Assembly: GCA_913061095.1 (NCBI GenBank) | Contig: CAJXVM010000015.1 | Coordinates: forward strand, 8,870-72,869 | Source: an uncultured Ignavibacteria bacterium | GTDB taxonomy: Bacteria > Bacteroidota > Ignavibacteria > SZUA-365 | Direction: 5' to 3' | Length of the DNA stretch: 64,000 nucleotides | Shown here: piece after piece, positions 36,517 through 46,631 of the stretch | How the letters are laid out: each line of letters starts with the position of its first letter | Numbering within the stretch: position 1 is the first letter of the stretch | Notes under the pieces: model-generated | What the model was told of the DNA's origin: nothing | Databases searched by the model: none | Seen by the model: only the letters and a program-made list of their open reading frames with translations | Position numbers and translations under genes: made by a program

Positions 36517-39144
36517 ATGAGACTGGATCAATTTACTGTCAAGGCGCAGGAAGCCGTCACCAGCGCGCAGAGCATCGCTTCCGAGCATGCCCATCAGCAG
36601 CTCGAAGCCGAGCATCTGCTTCTGGCGCTGGTTCAGGACGCCGAGGGCGTCCCTGCGTCCGTCATAAAAAAAATTACCGGGACGCTCGATCCCATACGCG
36701 CGGATGCGCTGAAGGCGGTTGAGGCCAAACCGAAAATCTACGGCGGTGAAACGGGGCGCGTCTATCTCTCCGATACCCTGCAGAAATTGTTTCGCCGGGC
36801 CGAAAATGAAATGCGCGGGTTCCGCGACGAATTCATCAGCACCGAGCACCTGCTGCTGGCACTGGCGGGAGAGCGGGATACCGACGCATCGGACGTCCTC
36901 TCCGGCCACGGTGTCACGCACAAGGCCATACTCGAGGCGCTAAAAGGCATTCGCGGATCGCAGCGCGTGACCGATCAGAGTCCGGAGGAGAAATACCAGG
37001 CGCTCAAGCGCTTCGGTCGCGATCTGACGGAGATCGCCCGGCGCGGACGCCTGGATCCCGTCATCGGACGTGACGAGGAAATCCGGCGCTCCATCCAGGT
37101 GCTTTCCCGCCGCACGAAAAACAATCCCGTCCTTGTCGGCGACCCGGGCGTCGGGAAAACCGCACTGGTGGAGGGAATCGCCCAGCGCATCGCCTCCGGC
37201 GACGTGCCCGAGGGACTCAAGGACAAAACCGTGTTCCAGCTCGACATGGGCGCGCTCATCGCGGGCGCGAAGTTCCGCGGCGAGTTCGAGGAGCGCCTCA
37301 AGGCCGTGCTCAAGGAGGTCGCCGAATCCGACGGACGCATCATCCTCTTTATCGATGAGCTGCACACCGTCGTTGGCGCCGGAGCGGCCGAAGGTGCTGT
37401 GGACGCGGGTAACATGCTCAAGCCCATGCTGGCGCGCGGCGAGCTGCGCATGATCGGCGCGACGACGCTCGACGAATACCGCAAGTACGTCGAGAAGGAC
37501 AAGGCGCTCGAGCGCCGCTTCCAGCCCGTGGTGGTGGATGAGCCGTCCGTTGAAGACACGATTTCGATTCTGCGCGGTCTCAAGGAGAAGTACGAGCTGC
37601 ATCACGGTGTGCGCATCACCGACGGTGCCATCGTCGGCGCGGCCACGCTGTCGCATCGCTACATCGCCGATCGCTTTCTGCCCGACAAGGCCATCGATCT
37701 GATCGACGAATCCGCCGCGCGCCTGCGTACGGAAATCGATTCGATGCCCGAGGAGATGGACGAGATCGACCGGCGTATCAAGCAGCTGGAAATCGAGTCC
37801 GTCGCCCTCAAAAAGGAAAAGGATGAGGCCTCGCGCGAGCGCCGCGAGAAGATCAAGGAAGAGCTGGCGGATCTCAAGGAGCGCTATGATTCGCTGCACG
37901 GTCACTGGCAGATGGAAAAAGAGCTGATCACGGAAATCCGCGGCATCAAGGAAGCCGTGGAAACCGCGCGCTTCGAAGCCGAGAAGGCCGAGCGCGAAGG
38001 CGACTATGACCGCGCGGCCGAGCTGAAGTATGGCCGTCTGCCGGAACTCGAGCAGAAACAGGCCGAGCTCAACGAACGCCTGGCCGAGGTGCAGAAGGAA
38101 GGTTCGCTGCTCAAGCAGGAAGTCACCGAGGAGGATATCGCCGACGTGGTCGCGCGCTGGACGGGCATTCCCGTCTCACGCATGCTCGAGAGCGAACGCG
38201 AAAAGATTCTGCGCATGCCCGAGCGGCTGAAAATGCGCGTGGTCGGACAGGACGAAGCCGTCGATGCCGTTTCGGAAGCCGTACTGCGCTCCCGTGCCGG
38301 CATGAGTGACGAACGCCGCCCGATCGGCTCGTTTGTCTTTCTCGGTCCGACCGGCGTCGGGAAAACCGAACTGGCGCGCGCGCTGGCGGAATTCCTCTTC
38401 GATGACGAGAACGCCATCGTGCGTCTCGACATGTCGGAGTACATGGAGCAGTTCAACGTCAGCCGTCTCGTGGGCGCGCCTCCCGGCTACGTGGGATACG
38501 AGGAAGGCGGCCAGCTGACCGAGGCCGTGCGGCGACGGCCGTACAGCGTCGTCCTGCTTGACGAAATCGAGAAGGCGCATCCCGAGGTGTTCAACATCCT
38601 GCTGCAGGTGCTCGACGAGGGACATCTGACAGACAGCAAGGGACACGTGGTGAACTTCAAGAACACCATCATCATCATGACCTCGAATCTCGGCGCCGAT
38701 ATCATCATGGATCGCTTCCGTAGCATGACGGAAGAGAGCATGGACGAGGCCTACGAGAGCACCCGCCGCGACATCCTGCAGCTGCTGCAGAAAACGCTGC
38801 GGCCGGAATTCCTCAACCGCATCGACGAGGTGCTGATGTTCCATCCTCTCTCGAAGGGAAATCTGCACCGCATCGTGGAAGTGCAGTTCGAGCGTCTGGT
38901 GCGCGAGAACCTGAAATCCCAGGGCATGGATGCCGCAATCACCGCGGCCGCCAAGGACTGGCTGGCAGACAAGGGCTACGACCCGGTATTCGGTGCGCGT
39001 CCGCTCAAGCGCCTGATGTACAAGGAAATCATCAACCGGATATCCGCCGGCATCGTGCGCGGTGATTTCGAAAAAGGGATAACGATTACCGTGGATGCGG
39101 GTGAGGACGGTCTCGTCTTCCGGGGTACTCCCTTCGCGCATTGA
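36517..39144 (+). CDS. clpB: ATP-dependent chaperone ClpB
   Basis: Two AAA+ modules (GDPGVGKTA Walker A; [11 protein letters not shown] second Walker A), a long coiled-coil middle domain, and an N-terminal Clp_N. GAGGTG RBS. Confidence 0.95.
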   Translation: MRLDQFTVKAQEAVTSAQSIASEHAHQQLEAEHLLLALVQDAEGVPASVIKKITGTLDPIRADALKAVEAKPKIYGGETGRVYLSDTLQKLFRRAENEMRGFRDEFISTEHLLLALAGERDTDASDVLSGHGVTHKAILEALKGIRGSQRVTDQSPEEKYQALKRFGRDLTEIARRGRLDPVIGRDEEIRRSIQVLSRRTKNNPVLVGDPGVGKTALVEGIAQRIASGDVPEGLKDKTVFQLDMGALIAGAKFRGEFEERLKAVLKEVAESDGRIILFIDELHTVVGAGAAEGAVDAGNMLKPMLARGELRMIGATTLDEYRKYVEKDKALERRFQPVVVDEPSVEDTISILRGLKEKYELHHGVRITDGAIVGAATLSHRYIADRFLPDKAIDLIDESAARLRTEIDSMPEEMDEIDRRIKQLEIESVALKKEKDEASRERREKIKEELADLKERYDSLHGHWQMEKELITEIRGIKEAVETARFEAEKAEREGDYDRAAELKYGRLPELEQKQAELNERLAEVQKEGSLLKQEVTEEDIADVVARWTGIPVSRMLESEREKILRMPERLKMRVVGQDEAVDAVSEAVLRSRAGMSDERRPIGSFVFLGPTGVGKTELARALAEFLFDDENAIVRLDMSEYMEQFNVSRLVGAPPGYVGYEEGGQLTEAVRRRPYSVVLLDEIEKAHPEVFNILLQVLDEGHLTDSKGHVVNFKNTIIIMTSNLGADIIMDRFRSMTEESMDEAYESTRRDILQLLQKTLRPEFLNRIDEVLMFHPLSKGNLHRIVEVQFERLVRENLKSQGMDAAITAAAKDWLADKGYDPVFGARPLKRLMYKEIINRISAGIVRGDFEKGITITVDAGEDGLVFRGTPFAH

Positions 39145-39196
39145 ATTTCGCTGCCGTGATGGGTAATTTGTCCGCCTGAAAAACCGGAGGAAAAAC

Positions 39197-40303
39197 GTGA
39201 AGCTGAATCACATCATCGCTGTCCTGGCAATTCTCATCGGCGCATCCGCCTGCAGTGAGGATCCCGTTCCAATCTACATCAGCGGCAACCCGCGCGTGGA
39301 TCTGGTGCGGGACAGCATCGTCGTGCAGGGCAGCGAGGGAGAGCAGGCGGCCATCCTGGCTGTTCACATGACGCCCGAGGGCGAGATGTTCGCGGGCGGG
39401 ATAGAGCTTCGTCCCGATGGACAGTACTTCCAGGGCGATATCTGGACGCATGACGGCACACTCTGGCGCTCGGCACTCGACCCGGCGACACGGGATCTCG
39501 TGCTGTCGGTGGACGATCTCGATGCCTCCCCGTCGGGCACGGTGTATGCCGTCGCGGATCTCAAGACGCCGGTCGGCCTCCGATCCAGCGCGGTGCTGCG
39601 CAGGGACGGCGACGCCTGGATCGATATCTCCCCGTCATCGCTTACGTATGCGAACGGCTGCAATATCGTTTCCGACGACGAAATCTGGCTGTACGGCAAC
39701 GGAGCGGTGATCCCGCATTACACGAATGGCGAATGGGAAATGACCGAACTGCCCGAGCCGTGGAACACCTATCATCCCAACGACCTCCGCGTCACGGCTG
39801 TTTCCGGCGGTGAGGAAAGTACCCATGCGCTTGCCGAACTGCTCACGGGTGAAACGGAATTGCCGCACATTCTCTTTCGCTGGGAGGACAGTCTGTGGAC
39901 ACCGATTTACAGAGAAGGAAAGGTCGAAGGCGCCGGCGAGGATGATCGGCAGCTGCAGACCCTGCTGCGCAGCAGGGACGGCGTGCTGATCGCCTCCGGG
40001 AGAGGCATCTACCGTCTCGACGGAGACCAGCTGGCTCATCTGCAGAATCATCCGCAGGGCAATCTGTTCCGCAGCAGTTTTCTCTCACCCGAGGGAAATA
40101 TCATCGTGGCAGGAGACGGGAATGCCATGCGATGGTCCAACGGGGAAGGATGGTACGGCGTGCACGTCGATTCACCGACTCCGGTCACGTTCATATCCGT
40201 CGCGATGAGCGATACGATGATCGTCGCGGCGGGTATCCTGGGATCGACGCTGAACCCTGAATACGTGCTGCAGCACGGGACGATCACGCGCCGGATTCCC
40301 TGA
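39197..40303 (+). CDS. hypothetical lipoprotein
   Basis: GTG start with a GGAGG RBS. Lipobox LIGASAC. No recognisable domain. Gly/Asp/Trp-rich, beta-propeller-like. Confidence 0.5.
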   Translation: MKLNHIIAVLAILIGASACSEDPVPIYISGNPRVDLVRDSIVVQGSEGEQAAILAVHMTPEGEMFAGGIELRPDGQYFQGDIWTHDGTLWRSALDPATRDLVLSVDDLDASPSGTVYAVADLKTPVGLRSSAVLRRDGDAWIDISPSSLTYANGCNIVSDDEIWLYGNGAVIPHYTNGEWEMTELPEPWNTYHPNDLRVTAVSGGEESTHALAELLTGETELPHILFRWEDSLWTPIYREGKVEGAGEDDRQLQTLLRSRDGVLIASGRGIYRLDGDQLAHLQNHPQGNLFRSSFLSPEGNIIVAGDGNAMRWSNGEGWYGVHVDSPTPVTFISVAMSDTMIVAAGILGSTLNPEYVLQHGTITRRIP

Positions 40304-40310
40304 ATGGCGA

Positions 40311-40799
40311 TTACGCGCCGGTGACGCGGAATCCTCTGTCGCGGAAATAGTCGGCGGCAGTTTTGCGGTGATCTCCCTGGATCTCGATCGTGTCGTCCTT
40401 CACCGTTCCCCCCGCGCCGCAGCGCGCCTTCAGCTCGCGCGCGAAATCCTGCAGATCCTGCCGCGTGTGGAAAAATCCCTTCACGACGGTCACGCCCTTT
40501 CCCTTGCGTCCCTTCTTCTCCAGCTGTACATGCAGCCTGGCCATCGATTTCGCGTGGTCCTGTGCGCGGCTCGCTCCTGCGCCGCCGCTCCCGCGGCGGC
40601 GGCTGTCTTTTCCCCCGGAACGTTGCTTCCCGCCAGAACGTTGCTTCCCGCCGGAATGCTGCTTCCCGCCGGAATGCTGTTTCCCCCCGGAGGTAGATTC
40701 CTCCGCAGCGGCATCTCCGGCACTGTCATCGCCGGGGTGTTCATCCCCGCCGCCGAAGATTTTTCCGAGGTCTGATAAATCGTTGAGTTTGGCGTTCAT
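40311..40799 (-). CDS. YciH/SUI1-family translation initiation factor with an N-terminal low-complexity extension carrying SGGKQ[HR] tandem repeats
   Basis: C-terminal 90 aa show the SUI1 fold signature (LHVQLEKKGRKGKGVTVVKGF...ELKARCGAGGTVKDDTIEIQGDHR). The N-terminal 70 aa are G/K/S-rich. Confidence 0.8.
   Translation of the reverse strand: MNAKLNDLSDLGKIFGGGDEHPGDDSAGDAAAEESTSGGKQHSGGKQHSGGKQRSGGKQRSGGKDSRRRGSGGAGASRAQDHAKSMARLHVQLEKKGRKGKGVTVVKGFFHTRQDLQDFARELKARCGAGGTVKDDTIEIQGDHRKTAADYFRDRGFRVTGA
40608..40690. repeat. 18-bp tandem repeat (about 4.5 copies) inside the SUI1-like gene, encoding SGGKQ[HR] hexapeptides
   Basis: ccggaacgttgcttcccg / ccagaacgttgcttcccg / ccggaatgctgcttcccg / ccggaatgctgtttcccc, read directly. 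Confidence 0.75.
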
Positions 40800-41290
40800 G
40801 CGTGCTCCGGTCAGTTCTTCATGCCAGTATAGAAAAAACGCGCCGGAGTTGAAATGTCACCCGGCGGAATGCCGTTTCGCGTGATGATGATCGTACGCGT
40901 TCGGTGGAGTTCCGGATAGGGACGCCCCGGCTTGCTAACACGATCCTCATCAAATTGTCAAACAGTGCCAACGATTTGCTAACACTGTGGAGTGATATTG
41001 ATATACCCTCCTCTAAGAGCGAAAAGGAGAGGGGTGGTGTCAATCAGTATGTCCCATCGCCCCGCGGTCGCCCACCTTCCGCACACCACCCCTCATTTTT
41101 TCCGCATTCGCCGTCCGTTTTCAGGGTTCGTTCAGCGTCAGGCCCGTTGCGCATGCGGCGGGGATTCACGCATCGTCAGCAGCGAGTGCAGGGGATGCCG
41201 CTGTCACCACGGACGCTTCGTTCGCGTTTCTCCCGGGGATGTCTGTCCGGTCATAGTCCATGTCCGATGCGTTCCGTACATTTGTTCTCA

Positions 41291-43561
41291 ATGAAGGTCA
41301 TTCTATTACTTCTCGCGTTTCTGGCTGCCGACACTGCTTCGGCACAGGAATATCCGTTTGTGGACTGGAGTGCGCGGGGTGTGCCGCGAGACGCCGTGAA
41401 CGCGCTCGCGCAGGATCACCGCGGGTTCGTCTGGGCGGGGACCGAATGCAGCGGCCTGCTGCGGCTGGACGGCCGGCGTGTGCGCGCAATGCACTTGAAG
41501 CATCTCCCGATCGCGCGCCGGATCACCGCGCTCGCCGCTGACGGCGCGGGAACTCTGTTCGCCGGATCGGATGACGGGGTGACGGCCATACGTCTCGCCG
41601 CCGATGCGGATGATGCCGTGGACACCGTGCTGACGGCGCTGATGGACGGGATTCACGGTCCGGTTCACCGCCTGCAAATGACCGCGGCCCGGATTCTGCA
41701 CGTGGAGACTGGCGACGGTGCGTGGGATCTGAACCTGGGAGACAGCAGTGTTGTCACCGCACGAAGCACGCCTCCGCCGTGGGCGTTTCTGCGTGACCTC
41801 CTCCCGGGCTACCGGCTGCGCGGGATGGCGAAGGACTGTATCGGACAGTACTGGCTGGCAACCGACAGGGGACTGGTGCTCAAGGGCGATGGCTCACAGC
41901 ATGTATTCGATACATCGAATGGTCTTCCGGTGCAGGATCTGCGCAGTGTGCTCGTTGACCGCGAGATGAATGTCTGGTGCGGAAGTGCGCACGGGCTGTC
42001 GATGCATACGCCGGGACGGGCCACGCTGCTGACCGAAGGAAATCCGCTGCCTCGGGACTTCGGGGGCGTGCAGTGCCTGCTGGAGAGCGATGACCGCGGT
42101 ATCTGGATCGGCACCGCCAGGGCTGGATGCCTGCGACTGTTTGGCGGTCCGACGCTGCGGCTGACCGCCGGAGAAGGACTGCCTTCAAACAATGTCACAG
42201 CGCTGCTTGAGCTGCCGTCCGGTGAGCTGCTCGTCGGCACGGATTCCGGCCTCGTCGTCTTCAACGGCGAGCGTGTCGTTCCGGCGCCGGCGGGAATGCA
42301 TGCGGCCGGCCGGGCTGTCACCGCACTGCTGCAGGCGAGTGACCGCAGTTACTGGATCGCATCCGAGACAGGGCTGCTGCGCTGGAGCAGAACGACAGAC
42401 AGCTTCACGGTGCGCAGCGGCGAGCTTCCTTCACGGCACGTGCTCGCACTGGCCGAGGATGCATTCGGTTTTGTATGGGTGGGAACCCGGGCCGGTGTTG
42501 TGCGCCTGTCGGCGGCAGTGGGTGATGTTTATCGTATCCCCGAACTCGAGGGAATTCCGGTCAGCACACTGCATCGCGACCGCAAGGACCGCATATGGAT
42601 CGGAACGCACGGGGACGGAGTGTACGTGCGCAGTGAGGGAGCGTTGATGCGTCTCGGATCCCGCGACGGACTGGAATCGGATATCATTACCGGGATCGGG
42701 GAGGACAATTTCGGGTCGCTGTACTTCGGGACGGCTCGTGGGATTTCAAGACTGCCGCGAAAAAACATGCAGTACGTCATTCCCGTCGATTCGGCGCAGC
42801 GTGTCATACACCGGTTACCGCCCGCACATGTGCCGTATCTCCGCAGCAATGCCATGCATGCATTGTCATCCGCTGCCGGATTGAATCTGGGAGCTCTGTC
42901 TCGCGGAGCAGTACTGCGTACCCGCGACGGTTTTCTCTGGTTCGGATCGCTGCAGGGGGCGCTGCGATACGTGCCGTCGCGTCCCGCGGAGGTCGGCGAG
43001 TGGCGTCCGCCCTCCTGCCGCAGTCTCCGTCAGCCGCTGCCGGCCGTGCCTTTCGATATTGTGTTCTCCCGTCTCTGCATCAATGACACGTGTACCGCAC
43101 GCTCCGAAGTCATCGAGCTGGCATACGGCACGCATGTTCTTCGCGCCGAAATGATCGTGCCGTCATTCCGCAATCCGGGGGCGGTGCGGTATCTCTACAC
43201 TCTGCAGGGGCTGGAAAGCGCCTGGCATGAATCCCGTGACGGAAGTATCCTGTACTCCGGCCTGCCGCCGGGAAAGTACGTACTCACCGTGCAGGCCGGT
43301 CTGGGCGAAGGTATCTGGTCGCGGCGCCAGGATGTGCTGACCATCGTCGTCCGGCGTCCGTTTTACCTGACCCTCTGGTTCTGGGGCGTGCTGCTGCTGT
43401 TTGCCGGGTTGATCGGTTTCATGCTGAAGAAACACACGCATGAGCGTCAGCTCGCGCGACTGCACGCAGGAGGCAGGAGGCAGGAGGCAGTAGCGCCGAG
43501 CCAACAGCTCGGCGTGCCACCAACTACCAACTACCAACAACCAGAAACCAACAACCAATGA
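41291..43561 (+). CDS. periplasmic ligand-binding sensor protein: two-component regulator-propeller repeats + Y_Y_Y domain + a single C-terminal TM helix; no kinase/receiver/HTH output
   Basis: Signal peptide MKVILLLLAFLAADTASA. Repeated 'GFVWAGTxxGLxR'-type propeller motifs. A Y_Y_Y-like block (RYLYTLQGLESAWHE...GKYVLTVQA). TM FYLTLWFWGVLLLFAGLIGFML. It ends 40 aa later in a Q/N/P-rich tail. The 129 aa upstream in the ORF track are treated as a non-coding leader. Confidence 0.65.
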   Translation: MKVILLLLAFLAADTASAQEYPFVDWSARGVPRDAVNALAQDHRGFVWAGTECSGLLRLDGRRVRAMHLKHLPIARRITALAADGAGTLFAGSDDGVTAIRLAADADDAVDTVLTALMDGIHGPVHRLQMTAARILHVETGDGAWDLNLGDSSVVTARSTPPPWAFLRDLLPGYRLRGMAKDCIGQYWLATDRGLVLKGDGSQHVFDTSNGLPVQDLRSVLVDREMNVWCGSAHGLSMHTPGRATLLTEGNPLPRDFGGVQCLLESDDRGIWIGTARAGCLRLFGGPTLRLTAGEGLPSNNVTALLELPSGELLVGTDSGLVVFNGERVVPAPAGMHAAGRAVTALLQASDRSYWIASETGLLRWSRTTDSFTVRSGELPSRHVLALAEDAFGFVWVGTRAGVVRLSAAVGDVYRIPELEGIPVSTLHRDRKDRIWIGTHGDGVYVRSEGALMRLGSRDGLESDIITGIGEDNFGSLYFGTARGISRLPRKNMQYVIPVDSAQRVIHRLPPAHVPYLRSNAMHALSSAAGLNLGALSRGAVLRTRDGFLWFGSLQGALRYVPSRPAEVGEWRPPSCRSLRQPLPAVPFDIVFSRLCINDTCTARSEVIELAYGTHVLRAEMIVPSFRNPGAVRYLYTLQGLESAWHESRDGSILYSGLPPGKYVLTVQAGLGEGIWSRRQDVLTIVVRRPFYLTLWFWGVLLLFAGLIGFMLKKHTHERQLARLHAGGRRQEAVAPSQQLGVPPTTNYQQPETNNQ

Positions 43562-44685
43562 CCATCAACGATATCCGCGCGGAATTTCCTTTCCTTGAAA
43601 CAGGCATGATCTACCTGAATCACGCCGCCACGGGACCATGGCCGCGTTCGGCGGAGCGGCGGGTGCAGCAGCATGTCGAAGGACGCACACATGGACCGGT
43701 GGAGATATTTCAGCGCACGATCAAACTGATCTCCGGTGCGCGGGAGATGGCAGCCGACATGATCGGCACGGATCCATCCCGCGTCGCATTCGTGCAGAAT
43801 ACATCCGAGGGACTCAACATCCTCGCGCAGGGACTCGATTGGAAATCAGGCGATCGTATCCTCCTGATCGAGCAGGAATTCCCCTCGAACGTATATCCCT
43901 TCATCAATCTCCGCCGGCACGGTGTGGAAATCGATTTCGTGCCGCAGCGGGATGGACGCATCGAACTCGCTGACATCGAGCAGGCTCTGACGCCGCGCAC
44001 GCGTATCCTCGCGGTGAGCTGGGTGCAGTTTCTCTCGGGCTTCCGTCTCGATCTCGCCGCGCTGAAGCAGATGTGCGACCGGCACGGCACACTTCTCAGC
44101 GTCGATGCCATCCAGGGAGTCGGCGCGATCCGGCTCAACCTGCGTGAAACGCCGGTGGACTTTCTCAGTGCGGGCGTGCAGAAATGGCAGCTTGGTCCGC
44201 AGGGCGTCGGCATCGTGTACGTGTCGGAGCGTGCACAGGACGTGATTCGCCAGGCGCACCTCGGCTGGATCAGTGTGCGCAACGCATGGGATTTCTTCGA
44301 CTACGAACAGGAGCTGCAGGAGGATGCGCGGCGCTACGAAAACGGCACGTACAACGCCATCGGGATTTCGGGATATCACGGGTCGCTGGAGCTGTTCAGC
44401 AGAGTGGGTTTCGATCGCGCGTCGGAGCTTGTCCGTGCGAACGCCGCGCATACCTGGCGCCGTGCACACGAACGTGGATTCGACGTTGTCACGCCGGAGA
44501 GCGCGGGTGAGCGCGCCGGCATCGTCACGCTGCGGCATGAGCGGGCGGAGGAGCTGCAGAAGGCACTGCATGAGCGGAATATCATTGTCTCCGCGCGCGT
44601 GGGACATATCCGCATCTCTCCGCATTTCTACAATACCACCGATGAGATCGACGCCATGCTGAATGTGCTGCACGAGCTGTTGTGA
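43558..44685 (+). CDS. class V aminotransferase-fold PLP enzyme (cysteine desulfurase / kynureninase-like)
   Basis: IYLNHAATGPWP start and overall AAT-V pattern. The start overlaps the stop of the sensor gene by 4 nt. Confidence 0.75.
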   Translation: MTINDIRAEFPFLETGMIYLNHAATGPWPRSAERRVQQHVEGRTHGPVEIFQRTIKLISGAREMAADMIGTDPSRVAFVQNTSEGLNILAQGLDWKSGDRILLIEQEFPSNVYPFINLRRHGVEIDFVPQRDGRIELADIEQALTPRTRILAVSWVQFLSGFRLDLAALKQMCDRHGTLLSVDAIQGVGAIRLNLRETPVDFLSAGVQKWQLGPQGVGIVYVSERAQDVIRQAHLGWISVRNAWDFFDYEQELQEDARRYENGTYNAIGISGYHGSLELFSRVGFDRASELVRANAAHTWRRAHERGFDVVTPESAGERAGIVTLRHERAEELQKALHERNIIVSARVGHIRISPHFYNTTDEIDAMLNVLHELL

Positions 44686-44786
44686 GTGCGCTCCCCTGAT
44701 TTCCTTTTCCGACATTCATATGCTACATTTTCAGTCTATCCGTACTGTGCGGATACCGCATGTTCAACTGCAACAGACCGTGACTC

Positions 44787-46409
44787 ATGAAAAAAATCGT
44801 CGAATGTGTCCCGAATTTTTCCGAAGGCCGTGACCAGGGCATTATCGATGCCATTGCGGCGAGCATCCGTGAGACGCCGGGATGCACACTGCTCGATGTC
44901 GATCCGGGGAAATCCACCAACCGTACGGTGTACACGTTTGTCGGTTCGCCGGAGGCCGTGGTCGAGGGAGCGCTGAACGCCGCCCGCCGGGCGTACGAGC
45001 TGATCGACATGACAAAGCACAGCGGCGAACATCCGCGCATGGGCGCGATGGATGTCTGTCCGTTCGTTCCCGTTGCAAACGTCACCATGGAGGACTGCGT
45101 GGAATGCGCAAAGGCATTCGGCAAACGCGCGGCGGAAGAGCTGGGCATCCCGCTCTATCTCTACGAGGAGGCGGCCACGCAGGATTACCGCAAAAGCCTC
45201 AAGCAGATCCGCGCCGGCGAGTACGAGGGCATGAAGGATAAAATCACGAAGGAGGAATGGAAGCCCGATTTCGGCCCGGCGAAGTTCGTGCCCCGCTGGG
45301 GCGCGACGGCTACCGGCGCGCGTTTCTTCCTCATTGCCTACAACGTCAATATTCTCGGCACGAAGGAGCAATCCCACCGCATCGCGCTGAATGTGCGTGA
45401 GCAGGGACGCGGTCCGGAGGAGCCCGGCCGTCTGAAAGCCGTCAAGGGCATCGGCTGGTACGTCGACGAGTACAACATGGCGCAGGTGTCGATGAATCTC
45501 GACAATTACACCATCACTCCGCCGCACGTGGCCTTCGAGGAATGCGTCAGGGATGCGAAGGAACTGAATCTGGCGGTCGCCGGATCGGAGATCGTGGGTC
45601 TGATTCCGCTCGAGGCCATGCTGCTGGCAGCGGATTACTACATCGAAAAGGAAAATCTTTTCATTCTCGACGAGAAGCAGAAGATTCATCTCGTCATTCA
45701 GCGGCTGGGACTCAATTCCGTCTCGACCTTCGTTCCCGAGAAACGCATCATCGAATACATGATCGAGGAAGAAAACAGCGAGCCGCTGGCGAGCATGACC
45801 GTGCGTGACTTCATCGAACTCACGGGCTCGCGCACCTCCGCTCCGGGCGGCGGGTCCGCTTCGGCACTGATCGCCGGCATGGGTGCGGCACTCGGCACGA
45901 TGGTGGGATGGATGACCTACGGCAAGCGGAAGTTCGAAGAGAAGGACGAGACCATGCGCGGCCTCATTCCGCCGCTGCATCATGCGATGAAGGATCTGAT
46001 TCCCATGATCGATGCCGACACCAATGCCTTCAACGACTACATGGAAGCGCTGGGCATGCCGAAGAAGACCGATGAGCAGAAAACGGCACGGACGGCGGCG
46101 ATGCAGGCCGGACTGAAGAAGGCCGTTGACGTGCCGCTCTCGACGATGCGCATTGCCGACCGCTGCTGGGACACCATGGAAGAGATGGCCCTGCACGGCA
46201 ACATCAACTCCCGCTCGGACCTCGAGGTTGGCGCGAAGGCACTGGAGACGGGCATCTGGGGCGCGTACAAGAACGTGATGATCAACCTCCCCAGCATCAC
46301 CGATGAGGACTTCAAACTGAAAATCACCGGTGAGGCGGATGCCCTGCTCGCACGCGCAAAGGAGAAATGCATTTCCGTGCTTACCAGGCTCGAGGAGCGG
46401 GAGCGGTAA
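44787..46409 (+). CDS. ftcD: bifunctional glutamate formimidoyltransferase / formimidoyltetrahydrofolate cyclodeaminase
   Basis: N-terminal formiminotransferase signature (IVECVPNFSEGRD...VYTFVG...GAMDVCPFVP) and a C-terminal cyclodeaminase-like helical domain. 540 aa. Confidence 0.85.
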   Translation: MKKIVECVPNFSEGRDQGIIDAIAASIRETPGCTLLDVDPGKSTNRTVYTFVGSPEAVVEGALNAARRAYELIDMTKHSGEHPRMGAMDVCPFVPVANVTMEDCVECAKAFGKRAAEELGIPLYLYEEAATQDYRKSLKQIRAGEYEGMKDKITKEEWKPDFGPAKFVPRWGATATGARFFLIAYNVNILGTKEQSHRIALNVREQGRGPEEPGRLKAVKGIGWYVDEYNMAQVSMNLDNYTITPPHVAFEECVRDAKELNLAVAGSEIVGLIPLEAMLLAADYYIEKENLFILDEKQKIHLVIQRLGLNSVSTFVPEKRIIEYMIEEENSEPLASMTVRDFIELTGSRTSAPGGGSASALIAGMGAALGTMVGWMTYGKRKFEEKDETMRGLIPPLHHAMKDLIPMIDADTNAFNDYMEALGMPKKTDEQKTARTAAMQAGLKKAVDVPLSTMRIADRCWDTMEEMALHGNINSRSDLEVGAKALETGIWGAYKNVMINLPSITDEDFKLKITGEADALLARAKEKCISVLTRLEERER

Positions 46410-46631
46410 TTATTTTTTCGGGGCCAGTTCCCGTGCGGTTCCCGGATCCAGGAAGCCGCAGCTCTTGTGCGCTCCGTCGCAGAACGGCTTGTTCGTCGAC
46501 TCGCCGCAGCGGCAGAGGAAGATCGTGTCGCGTCCGCCGAGCTTGTACGCGATGCCGTCCTTGTCTTCGAGGGTAAATTCTCCGGTGACTTTCAGGGGGC
46601 CGTTTTCATTGACCGTGATGGTTGACGCCAT
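46410..46631 (-). CDS. CDGSH iron-sulfur domain protein (73 aa)
   Basis: CRCGESTNKPFCDGAH is the CDGSH 2Fe-2S binding signature. GAGGAA RBS. The longer ORF (to 46814) is treated as a non-coding extension. Confidence 0.7.
   Translation of the reverse strand: MASTITVNENGPLKVTGEFTLEDKDGIAYKLGGRDTIFLCRCGESTNKPFCDGAHKSCGFLDPGTARELAPKK

Noticed and set aside
40904-41290. 129-aa N-terminal extension of the sensor ORF (GTG start)
   Set aside because: A signal peptide begins at the internal ATG 41291. The upstream residues are low-complexity with no hydrophobic leader. The region is treated as a 5' leader.
44736-46196. 486-aa minus-strand ORF
   Set aside because: It is antisense to ftcD, which has clear formiminotransferase motifs.
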